Positions 10,154-19,309 of a stretch of DNA of 36,821 nt are shown piece after piece. Source of the DNA: an uncultured Kaistella sp. (GTDB lineage: Bacteria > Bacteroidota > Bacteroidia > Flavobacteriales > Weeksellaceae); assembly GCA_964433195.1 (NCBI GenBank), contig CAYSQR010000003.1:7281-44101 (forward strand), given 5' to 3'. A model generated the notes under the pieces. The model saw only the letters and a list, made by a program, of their open reading frames with translations, had not been told where the DNA came from and did not search any database. A program made the position numbers and the translations under genes. Each line of letters begins with the position of its first letter. Within the stretch, counting starts at the first letter, position 1.

Positions 10154-11293
10154 ATGAAAACCAAGACCTATATTACTGATTATAATTGCATTACCCCATT
10201 AGGATTTGATGTAAATTCAAATTTTGATGCTTTGCTGAATGACGAATCGGGAATACAGAAACATCAGTTATCAGAATATCAGAATCCTTTTTATGCTTCT
10301 GTCATCAATGATGAAATTTTAAATAAAAAGTTTAATGATGTTTTTGGTAATCAGGATTTTACCCGTCTTGAAAAAATGATTCTGCTGGTTCTGAAACCAT
10401 TGGTAGAAAAACACGGAATTTCAGAGAAAACTGCTTTTATTTTATCTACAACCAAAGGAAATATAACTTCATTAAAAAACAAAAACATTCCCCCGGAAAG
10501 CGTTTATCTTTCTGTTCTGGCGAAAAAAATTGCGGACTTTTTCGGATTCAAAACAAAACCCGTTGTTGTTTCAAATGCCTGTGTTTCGGGAGTTTTGGCA
10601 ATTTCCGTTGCGAAAAACCTCATCAGTTCCGGGAAATATAAAAATGCTTTTGTGGTTGCAGGAGACGAAGTTTCGGAATTTGTGTTTTCCGGTTTCAATT
10701 CGTTTCAGGCGATGAGTGAAAAACCCTGCAAACCTTATGACGAAGAACGGAACGGAATTTCTCTCGGTGAAGCTGCAGCTGCGGTTTTCATCACTTCCGG
10801 AATTTCGGGAAAAGAAGATTTTGCATTTAAAATTCTGGGTGATTCTTCGATAAACGATGCAAATCATATTTCCGGTCCGTCGAGAACAGGAGAAGGATTG
10901 TTCCGTAGTGTGAAAAATGCGATGACCGAAGCAAACGCAAATCCCGAAAACATCGATTATATTTCCGCACACGGAACCGCTACAATTTATAACGATGAAA
11001 TGGAAGCAATTGCTTTTAACAGAGCCGGTTTGCAAAAAATTCCCCTGAATAGTTTGAAAGCGTTTTACGGACATTGTCTCGGTGCTTCCGGACTTTTGGA
11101 AAGCATCATTGCAATGGAAAGTGCTCTTCGGAATATTTTAATTAAATCTAAAAACTTTGAAAAATCCGGTGTTTCGGAGGAAATCAATATTATTAAAGAA
11201 AATCAGAAAGCAGAAATCAATATGATTCTGAAAACGGCATCCGGATTCGGAGGTTGTAATTCAGCGGTGGTCTTACAAAAAATCCCCAAATAA
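10154..11293 (+). CDS. Beta-ketoacyl-ACP synthase (type II KS, intact triad)
   Basis: Cys (NACVSG), His (AHGT), His (GHCLG), SGFGG. ATG 10154 preferred over the GTG 10124 that overlaps the upstream gene. Confidence 0.88.
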   Translation: MKTKTYITDYNCITPLGFDVNSNFDALLNDESGIQKHQLSEYQNPFYASVINDEILNKKFNDVFGNQDFTRLEKMILLVLKPLVEKHGISEKTAFILSTTKGNITSLKNKNIPPESVYLSVLAKKIADFFGFKTKPVVVSNACVSGVLAISVAKNLISSGKYKNAFVVAGDEVSEFVFSGFNSFQAMSEKPCKPYDEERNGISLGEAAAAVFITSGISGKEDFAFKILGDSSINDANHISGPSRTGEGLFRSVKNAMTEANANPENIDYISAHGTATIYNDEMEAIAFNRAGLQKIPLNSLKAFYGHCLGASGLLESIIAMESALRNILIKSKNFEKSGVSEEINIIKENQKAEINMILKTASGFGGCNSAVVLQKIPK

Positions 11294-11296
11294 AAA

Positions 11297-11836
11297 ATGA
11301 AAAAAACAAAAACCTGTGTCATCGAAAATTCAGAAATAATCATTGACGGCAAAGTTATTTTTGAAAACAAATCAGATTCTTTCAATGAATTTGCGAAATC
11401 GGGTTACAAAAATTTCGACCTCAATTATCCGAAATTCCATAAGATGGATGATTTGAGCAAGCTCGCTTTTCTGGCTTCCGAAATGATTCTGAAAGATGAA
11501 GATAATCAAAATATCGCTCTTGTTTTTGCCAACAAATCTTCCAGCTTAGATACCGATTCAAAATATCAGGAAAGCATCAATTCTGCTGAAAATTATTTTC
11601 CGAGTCCCACGGTTTTCGTTTATACTTTACCCAATATCTGCATCGGAGAAATTGCGATAAAACATCAGTTGCAGACGGAAAACGCTTTTTTCGTTCTCGA
11701 TGAATTTAATGAAGAGCTTCTGAACGATTACGCAGAACAGCTTCTGAACTCCGGAAAAGCAGAAAAAGTTTTGTGCGGTTGGGTAGAATTGTTCCGAAAT
11801 AATTATAAAGCTTTTGTATATTTGCTCTCTCTTTAA
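11297..11836 (+). CDS. Short non-catalytic KS partner (chain-length-factor-like)
   Basis: [11 protein letters not shown] and [13 protein letters not shown] resemble the KS N-terminal domain; only 179 aa; no catalytic triad. Confidence 0.7.
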   Translation: MKKTKTCVIENSEIIIDGKVIFENKSDSFNEFAKSGYKNFDLNYPKFHKMDDLSKLAFLASEMILKDEDNQNIALVFANKSSSLDTDSKYQESINSAENYFPSPTVFVYTLPNICIGEIAIKHQLQTENAFFVLDEFNEELLNDYAEQLLNSGKAEKVLCGWVELFRNNYKAFVYLLSL

Positions 11837-11854
11837 TAAAAATTTTTAAACCTT

Positions 11855-12112
11855 ATGGAAAACCTGAAAGAAGAACTGAAACATAAAATCATCGAAGTTC
11901 TGAATCTCGAAGACGTTTCTGCGGAAGAAATAAAAACCGATGCACCGCTTTTCGGAAGCGGATTAGGATTGGATTCTATTGATGCACTGGAACTTATCGT
12001 ACTTCTGGACAAAGAATACGGCATCAAACTTGCCGATCCGAAAAAAGGAAAAGAAATCTTCGAATCCATCGATACGATGGCAAAATTCATCGAAGAAAAC
12101 CGAACGAAATAA
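11855..12112 (+). CDS. Acyl carrier protein
   Basis: 85 aa, acidic, LGLDSIDALEL phosphopantetheine site. Confidence 0.93.
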   Translation: MENLKEELKHKIIEVLNLEDVSAEEIKTDAPLFGSGLGLDSIDALELIVLLDKEYGIKLADPKKGKEIFESIDTMAKFIEENRTK

Positions 12113-12115
12113 TTG

Positions 12116-13315
12116 ATGAGCATAAAAGTTGCCATAACCGGAATGGGAATTATTTCTTCGATTGGAAACAATGCAGAAGAAAATTTTCAGTCTTTAATCA
12201 GTTCCAAACACGGCATTTCCGATATCGAGCTCCTCAAAACACGACACCAAAACGAAATAAAGGTAGGTGAAATAAAAACCACGAACAGCGATTTTGTAAA
12301 ACTGCTGAATCTTCCCGAAGATAATAATTACACGAGAACAACACTTCTCGGAATTACTGCCGTAAAAGAAGCTCTTGAAAGTGCGGGAATTACCGACATC
12401 AATGAATCCAGAACCGGACTTATTTCCTCAACCAGTGTCGGTGGAATGGATATGACCGAAAAATACTTCTACGATTACGAAAAATTTCCCGAGCAACAGA
12501 AATATATCTCTTCTCACGATGCAGGTTATTCCTCCATTTGCATTGCGGATTATTTTGGCTTAAAGGGAATGGTTTCCACAATCAGTACTGCTTGTTCATC
12601 GGCTGCAAATGCGATTATGATGGGAGCAAAACTCATCAGCAACGGAGTTTTGGATCGTGTCATTGTCGGCGGAGCAGATTCTTTGTCGAAATTTACTTTG
12701 AACGGTTTTAAAACTTTAATGATTGTTTCCGATTCCTATAACACTCCTTTTGATAACGACAGGAAAGGTCTGAATCTCGGTGAAGCAGCCGGATTTCTGG
12801 TTTTGGAATCCGACGAATCCGTGAAGAAAAGCAATAAAAAACCGATAGGATTTCTTTCAGGATACGGAAATGCAAACGACGCACATCATCAAACCGCCTC
12901 TTCGGAAAACGGAGAAGGTGCATTTCTGGCGATGGAAAAAGCATTGAAAATTTCGGGCTTAAATAAAAACCAAATCGATTACATCAACGTTCACGGAACA
13001 GCAACACCGAATAACGATTTGTCGGAAGGAATTGCGATGATCAGGATTTTTGGTAAAAAGAATGTCCCGGATTTCAGTTCCACGAAAGCTTTTACCGGAC
13101 ATACTTTAGCTGCAGCTGCAGGAATTGAAGCGGTTTATTCTTTATTGGCTCTTCAAAACAATGTGATTTTTCCGAACCTGAATTTCAAAAACAAGATGGA
13201 AGAATTTGATCTGATTCCTGTAACCGGACTGAAAAACAAGGAAATCAAACACGTTCTTTCCAACTCTTTCGGATTTGGCGGAAACTGTTCAACCCTAATT
13301 TTCTCGAAAGTATGA
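12116..13315 (+). CDS. Beta-ketoacyl-ACP synthase (FabF-like KS, intact triad)
   Basis: TACSS, VHGT, GHTL and SNSFGFGG motifs. Confidence 0.92.
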   Translation: MSIKVAITGMGIISSIGNNAEENFQSLISSKHGISDIELLKTRHQNEIKVGEIKTTNSDFVKLLNLPEDNNYTRTTLLGITAVKEALESAGITDINESRTGLISSTSVGGMDMTEKYFYDYEKFPEQQKYISSHDAGYSSICIADYFGLKGMVSTISTACSSAANAIMMGAKLISNGVLDRVIVGGADSLSKFTLNGFKTLMIVSDSYNTPFDNDRKGLNLGEAAGFLVLESDESVKKSNKKPIGFLSGYGNANDAHHQTASSENGEGAFLAMEKALKISGLNKNQIDYINVHGTATPNNDLSEGIAMIRIFGKKNVPDFSSTKAFTGHTLAAAAGIEAVYSLLALQNNVIFPNLNFKNKMEEFDLIPVTGLKNKEIKHVLSNSFGFGGNCSTLIFSKV

Positions 13316-14373
13316 AACCCGTATTTATAAACAGTGCTTCGTGTATTTCCGGTCAAAATACTTTGGATGAAAATTTCATATCCGGATTGAAACCCAATTT
13401 CAGCGAAAATTATCTTCCTGCAATCGAACCGAATTATAAAGATTTTATTTCTCCAGGATTGATCAGAAGAATGTCCAAAGTGGTGAAAATGAGTTCGGTT
13501 TCCGCACAAAAAGCACTTACTGAAGTGAATATTGAAATTCCCGATGCGGTTATTGTAGGAACAGGAATGGGTTGTACGGAAGATTCGGAAAAATTCCTGA
13601 AAAACGTCATCCAAAATAACGAAGAATTTCTCACACCAACTTATTTCATACAATCTACTCACAATACTGTTGCAGGACAAATCGCTTTAGCCATAAAATG
13701 TCACGCTTACAATTTTACTTATGTAAATACTTCGTCTTCTTTGGAATTTTCTTTGCTCGATGCAAAACTTCAGCTTGAAAATGATGAAGCCGAAAATATT
13801 TTAGTCGGTGCGTCCGATGAAGCGGCGAAAAGAACTCTGGAACTTTACCAGCTGAATAATACCATTAAAAAAGAGGAAAATCTTCCTGCAGATTTTCTGA
13901 ATTCAAAATCGAAAGGCGTAATCTGGGGAGAAGGTGCTGCGTTTTTTGTCATCAGTAACGAAAAGACGGAAAATTCTTATTCGGCTCTGGAAGATATTTC
14001 GATACAAAATCATTTGGAACTATATGATACTCATAATTTTATAAATAGTTTTCTTCAAAAAAACAAGATGAAACCCGATGAAATCGATGTAGTAATTCTA
14101 GGTTTCAGCGGAGATGAAGAGTCCGATAAATTTTATACGGAAGCTGCAAAATTATTTTCAGATTCTGCTCAGCTTTATTTCAAGCATTTAAGCGGAGAAT
14201 TCAATACTTCGAGCGGATTTTCCTTTTTTATGGCAAATCATATTCTGAAAAACCGGCACATTCCGCAAGTAATGAAAATCAACAAAACCGATAAAGAAAA
14301 AATTGATAATGTATTGATTTACAATCATTTTTTAGGAAAAGATCACAGTTTGGTTTTGCTGAAAAAAATATAA
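13312..14373 (+). CDS. Ketosynthase chain-length factor (non-catalytic KS homologue)
   Basis: RRMSK, PTYFIQSTHN and GEGAAFF motifs; Cys position reads NTSSS; ATGA overlap with the upstream KS. Confidence 0.8.
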   Translation: MKPVFINSASCISGQNTLDENFISGLKPNFSENYLPAIEPNYKDFISPGLIRRMSKVVKMSSVSAQKALTEVNIEIPDAVIVGTGMGCTEDSEKFLKNVIQNNEEFLTPTYFIQSTHNTVAGQIALAIKCHAYNFTYVNTSSSLEFSLLDAKLQLENDEAENILVGASDEAAKRTLELYQLNNTIKKEENLPADFLNSKSKGVIWGEGAAFFVISNEKTENSYSALEDISIQNHLELYDTHNFINSFLQKNKMKPDEIDVVILGFSGDEESDKFYTEAAKLFSDSAQLYFKHLSGEFNTSSGFSFFMANHILKNRHIPQVMKINKTDKEKIDNVLIYNHFLGKDHSLVLLKKI

Positions 14374-14385
14374 ATTTCCCGAAAG

Positions 14386-15138
14386 ATGAAACATTATTTC
14401 AACATCATCTTTTTTGTAAGCGTATTTTTGGTTTTGTATTTCCTGAAAGCAGATTTTTGGTTATACCTCATTGGTTTTTTGCTATTTACAGGATTTTTGA
14501 TTTGGGGAATTTTCGATATTAAATTTTCTTATTTTCTGAAATCATTTAATGAAAACCGGGATTTACAGGAAAAAAAAATTGCGGTTACTTTCGATGACGG
14601 TCCTACTGAATTTACTCCGGAATTTTTGGATTTATTAAAGAAAAACGAAGCAAAAGCAACTTTTTTCTGCATCGGGAAGCAAATAGAAAAACATCCTGAA
14701 ATTTTCAGAAGAATCATTGAAGAAGGTCACGAAATAGGAAATCATACCTATTCGCATTCTGAAAAAACGGGATTTTTTTCAACACAAAAAATGATTTCGG
14801 AAATAGAAAGAAATGACGAAACCATCCTGAAATTCGGGAATATCACGACAGAATTATACAGACCTCCTTTCGGTATTACAAATCCCAATATTGCGAAAGC
14901 AATAAAAAAAACCGGCAAAAAATCCATCGGTTGGAACATCCGTTCTTTCGATACCGTTATTGAAAATCCTGACAAAATCACAAACCGGATTCTTCCGAAA
15001 ATAAAACCGGGAAGTGTAATTCTGCTCCACGACACTTCCGAAAAGACTTATCTCGTTTTGGAAAATTTATTGCTATTTTTAAACCGTGAAAATTATAAAA
15101 CGGTAACAATCAGCCAACTTTTTAATTTCAAAAAATGA
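14386..15138 (+). CDS. Membrane-anchored polysaccharide deacetylase (CE4/NodB family)
   Basis: TFDDGP, HEIGNHTYSH, YRPPFG and LLHD motifs; two N-terminal hydrophobic segments. Confidence 0.9.
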   Translation: MKHYFNIIFFVSVFLVLYFLKADFWLYLIGFLLFTGFLIWGIFDIKFSYFLKSFNENRDLQEKKIAVTFDDGPTEFTPEFLDLLKKNEAKATFFCIGKQIEKHPEIFRRIIEEGHEIGNHTYSHSEKTGFFSTQKMISEIERNDETILKFGNITTELYRPPFGITNPNIAKAIKKTGKKSIGWNIRSFDTVIENPDKITNRILPKIKPGSVILLHDTSEKTYLVLENLLLFLNRENYKTVTISQLFNFKK

Positions 15139-15761
15139 AAAAAAATATTTTAATCCTGCTTGCTTTTCTTTTTTCCGGATTTGTTTTTTCACAGGGAACA
15201 AAAATGACGGATGCGGAAATTAAAACTTTTACCGAAAAAATTTCATCGGAAAGCAAAAAAATCCAGACGCTCCAAAGCGATTTCGTTCAGACCAAAAAAA
15301 TGGATTTTCTGAATAAAGATATTGTAACTTCCGGAAAAATGGCTCTGAAATCACCGAACCAGCTCAGCTGGAAATACACAAAACCTTATCAGTACAGCGT
15401 AATTTTCAGGGATAATAAGATTTTCATCAACAATCAGGGAAAAAAATCTTCGGTAGATGCGAAAAGCAAAATGTTCGAGAAAATCAATAAACTGATTGCA
15501 GGAACTGCGAACGGAAATATGTTCAGCGATTCCGAATTCGTCGTAAGATATTTCAAAAACGGTGAAAATACCATTGCAAGATTTGTCCCGAAATCTGCAC
15601 AATTACTGAAATATATTAAGCAGATTGATTTGCAGTTTAATGAAAATCAAAGTACGGTTTCGCAAGTAACAATGCTCGAATCTTCCGGTGACACTACGAA
15701 TATTTCCTTTAAAAACACCAAAATAAATGCTTCGGTTTCTGCGGACGCTTTTTCTTTGTAG
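15135..15761 (+). CDS. LolA-like periplasmic carrier protein
   Basis: Signal peptide; LQSDFVQTK, SGKM, WKYTKPYQY and GDTTNISF match the LolA pattern. Confidence 0.82.
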   Translation: MKKNILILLAFLFSGFVFSQGTKMTDAEIKTFTEKISSESKKIQTLQSDFVQTKKMDFLNKDIVTSGKMALKSPNQLSWKYTKPYQYSVIFRDNKIFINNQGKKSSVDAKSKMFEKINKLIAGTANGNMFSDSEFVVRYFKNGENTIARFVPKSAQLLKYIKQIDLQFNENQSTVSQVTMLESSGDTTNISFKNTKINASVSADAFSL

Positions 15762-16359
15762 CCCGTTTTTTCTGGCGGTTTTTTCCTGCAAAAGTTTTGA
15801 ACTTCCGGGAGTAAAAGAAATTTCCACCGACAAGAAAATTGTTGAAAACCAATATTTCAATACCGATTCCGATTATGTTTATAAAGCACAGATTGAAATT
15901 TACGGCAATGATTTGAGCGGGATTCTCATCATTAAAAAAATCGGGAAAAAACACCGTGTTGTTCTGACTTCGGATTTCGGAAATAAACTGATGGATTTCG
16001 AGATTTCGGAGGTGGATTTTAAAATCAATTATATCATTCCGGATTTGGATAAAGGAATCGTGAAAAGATTTATCGAAAATGATTTTCGGATGCTTTTAAG
16101 AACCAAATATCCTGTAAATCAGTCATTTGAAAATGAAAATTCCGAAATTTTCGTCACCACCGAAAACAGGAAAAAATACTTTCTTTTCTTTAATAAAAAT
16201 AATAATCTGCTGACAAAAATTATTTATACAAACAGCGGAAAGGAAAAAATAAATTTCAGTTTTGAGGCGAAAAATCCTATCTTCGCACACGATTTTGAAA
16301 TCACACATAAGGACGTGAAAATCAACATTAAATTATTTGAAATTACACAAAACAACTAG
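15727..16359 (+). CDS. Putative lipoprotein, possibly LolB-like
   Basis: Lipobox-like VFSC; beta-rich sequence; overlaps the LolA-like gene by 35 nt. LolB assignment rests on context only. Confidence 0.55.
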   Translation: MLRFLRTLFLCSPFFLAVFSCKSFELPGVKEISTDKKIVENQYFNTDSDYVYKAQIEIYGNDLSGILIIKKIGKKHRVVLTSDFGNKLMDFEISEVDFKINYIIPDLDKGIVKRFIENDFRMLLRTKYPVNQSFENENSEIFVTTENRKKYFLFFNKNNNLLTKIIYTNSGKEKINFSFEAKNPIFAHDFEITHKDVKINIKLFEITQNN

Positions 16360-16362
16360 GAA

Positions 16363-17031
16363 ATGAAAAAATTATTTTTAGTATTCGTTATCATAACAAT
16401 GGGATTTGCAGCAAATGCACAGGTAAGTTTTAATCCGGGAATCAGAGCGGGAATTAATTTTTCGCATCTTACAAAAGGAAATTCCAATTCTTTTTATTCT
16501 TTTTATGATTACGATTTTAATAGTTACTATTCTACCTCTCCAAATTCTACCGTAGATATGAAAAACAGAATCGATTTCTATATCGGTTTTCAGGCAAATA
16601 TCCGGTTTACGAGATTCTACGCATTGCAGCCGGAAATTAATTATTCCCGACAAGGAACGAAAGTGGAAGGAACAAGAACGTATTATAACAATAACACCTC
16701 CCCTTTTACTACGACTTTTTCCGATGAGCTGAAAGTTTCGTATATTGGTCTTCAGTTGATTAACAAATTTTATATGAACCAGTTCAATATTCACATAGGA
16801 CCTACTTTGGATTTTGTTGTGGAAAGAAGCAGTTACAGCTACTTAGAAAATGAAGTAGATTTGGGAATTTTGCTCGGAGCAGGTTATGATATTACCAAAA
16901 ACATCGGTGTGGAAGCAAGAATTAAAAAAGGTTTCGTACCGGTAATAAGCGGTTCCGGAAACCATTCGAATGTGGTGATCCAAACAGGAGTTTATTACAC
17001 TTTTCCCAATAAAGAAAGATTAGAAAAATGA
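16363..17031 (+). CDS. Small outer-membrane beta-barrel protein (PorT/OmpA-like TM family)
   Basis: Signal peptide ending ANA-Q; GIRAGINFS, LQPEINYSRQG and GAGYD motifs; terminal strand GVYYTF. Confidence 0.8.
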   Translation: MKKLFLVFVIITMGFAANAQVSFNPGIRAGINFSHLTKGNSNSFYSFYDYDFNSYYSTSPNSTVDMKNRIDFYIGFQANIRFTRFYALQPEINYSRQGTKVEGTRTYYNNNTSPFTTTFSDELKVSYIGLQLINKFYMNQFNIHIGPTLDFVVERSSYSYLENEVDLGILLGAGYDITKNIGVEARIKKGFVPVISGSGNHSNVVIQTGVYYTFPNKERLEK

Positions 17032-17399
17032 GTATTCTTAAAGATTTTTACACGGTCAATGAAATCGGGCAAAAAGAAAACGGAATCTTTTCTGCAAAAA
17101 TTTCTTTGAACAAAAACCACGAAATCTTCAAAGGACATTTCCCGGGAAATCCCGTAACTCCCGGTGTTTGTATGATGCAGATTGTGAAAGATCTTACCGA
17201 AGAAATTCTTCAGATAAAACTTTTTCTGAAATCTGCTTCCAACGTAAAATTTATGGCAATCATCAATCCCGAAGAAACTCCTTATCTGGTTTTGGATCTG
17301 GATATTTCCGTAACCGATGATGATGTGAAAGTAAAGAATACTACACTTTTTGGCGAGACTATTGCATTGAAAATGTCGGTTACTTATAAAAAATTATAA
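17028..17399 (+). CDS. 3-hydroxyacyl-ACP dehydratase (FabZ/ApeI-like)
   Basis: IFKGHFPGNPVTPGV and NVKF motifs. Confidence 0.85.
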   Translation: MSILKDFYTVNEIGQKENGIFSAKISLNKNHEIFKGHFPGNPVTPGVCMMQIVKDLTEEILQIKLFLKSASNVKFMAIINPEETPYLVLDLDISVTDDDVKVKNTTLFGETIALKMSVTYKKL

Positions 17400-17401
17400 A
17401 T

Positions 17402-17884
17402 ATGAAACTGCTGTTTTCTTTTGTCACCACGCTTATTTTATTTTTCCAAAATGCTGATTTGGAATCGGTTCGGGAAAGGTATTCCACAGCAAACCAATCC
17501 AAACAAAACGCCGAAAGCTTTGCAAAAATGGTAGAAAAAACTTCATCTTCGGATATTGTTTTTAAAGGATATAAAGCGGCATCGGAAATTGTCTCGGCAA
17601 AATTCCTGAAAGGAAACGACAGAAAAACCACAATTTCAAACGGGATAAAATCTTTAGAAAATAACATTAATGCAAATCCCGACAATACAGAACTTCGGCT
17701 GATTCGTTTAAGCATTCAGGAAAATCTTCCGAAAATCATTAAATACAACACGAAAATTAATGAAGACAAAAACTTCATCCTGAAAAATTACGAAAAACAA
17801 AATAACAGTACGAAAAACTATATCAAAGAATTTGCGAAAACTTCAAAATCGATGACCTCATCTGAAAAAGCATCTTTGAAATAG
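17402..17884 (+). CDS. Hypothetical exported alpha-helical protein
   Basis: N-terminal hydrophobic signal; TPR-like NPDNTELRLIRLSIQ segment; 2 nt after the previous stop. Confidence 0.6.
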   Translation: MKLLFSFVTTLILFFQNADLESVRERYSTANQSKQNAESFAKMVEKTSSSDIVFKGYKAASEIVSAKFLKGNDRKTTISNGIKSLENNINANPDNTELRLIRLSIQENLPKIIKYNTKINEDKNFILKNYEKQNNSTKNYIKEFAKTSKSMTSSEKASLK

Positions 17885-17900
17885 ATGAAAGATTTTGTAA

Positions 17901-18089
17901 ATTTTGTAAAAGTGGACAAAACTTTGTCAAAGTACAAAAACACTTCTGAAAACTTTGACAAAGTTCTTTTCTGCCACGAAATCGAAGATTCAACGAAGTT
18001 AATACACGACTACGAATCATAAATAAATTTGTACGTTTGTTCACTTTGTAAAAGTTTTATGCGGTTTGATGATTAACTTTGACAAAGTT
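17901..18089. repeat. Cluster of 13-bp palindromes ACTTTG-N-CAAAGT (REP/BIME-like)
   Basis: ACTTTGTCAAAGT 17921-17933, ACTTTGACAAAGT 17952-17964, ACTTTGTAAAAGT 18043-18055, ACTTTGACAAAGT 18076-18088, plus degenerate ATTTTGTAAAAGT 17901-17913. Confidence 0.8.
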
Positions 18090-18134
18090 TTCTCATTAGT
18101 ATTTTTTGTTATATAGTATTAAATAAAAACTAAA

Positions 18135-19307
18135 ATGACCCTTTCTGAAATCCAGGAATCCATTTCGAAAAACCGGATTTGCATTCTGATTCCTACTTAC
18201 AATAATCACAAAACACTGAAAAGAGTAATTGATGGTATTTTGATTTATACCGATCAGATTATTATTGTAAACGATGGTTCTACGGATACAACCATAGAGA
18301 TTATCAATGGTTATAACAATCTGGAAATCATTAATTTAACAAAAAACAAAGGAAAAGGAAATGCTCTGAAAACCGGCTTCAGAAAAGCGAAAGAAATGGG
18401 TTATGATTTTGCCGTTACCATCGATTCCGACGGACAACATTTTCCGGATGATATTCCTGTTTTCGTAGGAGCACTGGAAAAAGAAAACCGGGAAGTTCTT
18501 CTCATCGGAAACCGCAATATGCTGCAGGAAGGAATCCCGAAGAACAGCAGTTTCGGAAACCGTTTTTCCAACTTCTGGTTTTGGTTCGAAACGGGAATTA
18601 AGTTAGAAGACACGCAATCCGGATTCCGGCTTTATCCTCTGAAAAAAATCCCGAAAAAATACTACTCCCCGAAATTTGAATTTGAAATAGAAATCATCGT
18701 AAGAACTGCGTGGAAAGGAATCCCGGTAAAAAATGTTCCGGTGAAAGTTCTTTATGATCCGCAGGAAAGAGTTTCGCATTTCCGTCCGTTCAAGGATTTT
18801 ACCCGAATCAGTATTCTGAATACGATTCTTGTTGCGATTGCAATTTTTTATATCAAACCGAGAGATTTTCTCAGGAATTTCAAAAAAAAAAGTTTCAGGC
18901 AGTTTTTAAAAGAAGACGTTCTCGAAAGTGAGGGAAGCAACCGTATAAAAGCATTTTCCATTGCACTGGGAACTTTCGTGGGGTTGTCTCCTTTTTGGGG
19001 ATTCCAGACGATGATCGTGATTTCTCTTGCCGTGGTTTTCAAGCTGAATAAAATTCTGGCATTTGCTTTTTCCAACATCAGTATTCCTCCTTTCATTCCT
19101 TTTATTGTAGGGATTTCTTTGGCAATCGGCGGATTTTTTACCGGTGGAGAATCCAATTTTTTCAGCAGTGAATTCAGCTTCGAGATGGTAAAAAATCATT
19201 TGCTGCAATATCTTATCGGGAGTTTTGTTTTGGCAACAGTGGTTTCTTTGATTCTAGGTGTTATTTCTTATTTTTCGTTGGAGAAAATTTCTCCGACAAA
19301 AAAATAA
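18135..19307 (+). CDS. Family 2 glycosyltransferase fused to a DUF2062-like membrane domain
   Basis: LIPTYNN, VNDGSTD, NKGKG, IDSDGQH and DTQSGFR motifs; hydrophobic C-terminal domain. Confidence 0.88.
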   Translation: MTLSEIQESISKNRICILIPTYNNHKTLKRVIDGILIYTDQIIIVNDGSTDTTIEIINGYNNLEIINLTKNKGKGNALKTGFRKAKEMGYDFAVTIDSDGQHFPDDIPVFVGALEKENREVLLIGNRNMLQEGIPKNSSFGNRFSNFWFWFETGIKLEDTQSGFRLYPLKKIPKKYYSPKFEFEIEIIVRTAWKGIPVKNVPVKVLYDPQERVSHFRPFKDFTRISILNTILVAIAIFYIKPRDFLRNFKKKSFRQFLKEDVLESEGSNRIKAFSIALGTFVGLSPFWGFQTMIVISLAVVFKLNKILAFAFSNISIPPFIPFIVGISLAIGGFFTGGESNFFSSEFSFEMVKNHLLQYLIGSFVLATVVSLILGVISYFSLEKISPTKK

Positions 19308-19309
19308 CA

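Noticed and set aside
17823..18044. 73-aa minus-strand ORF across the palindromes
   Set aside because: Overlaps an upstream gene antisense and simply translates the repeat DNA.
17901..18089. CRISPR array reading of the palindrome cluster
   Set aside because: Repeats are only 13-15 bp, spacing is irregular (7, 18, 78 and 20 nt) and no cas genes are present.
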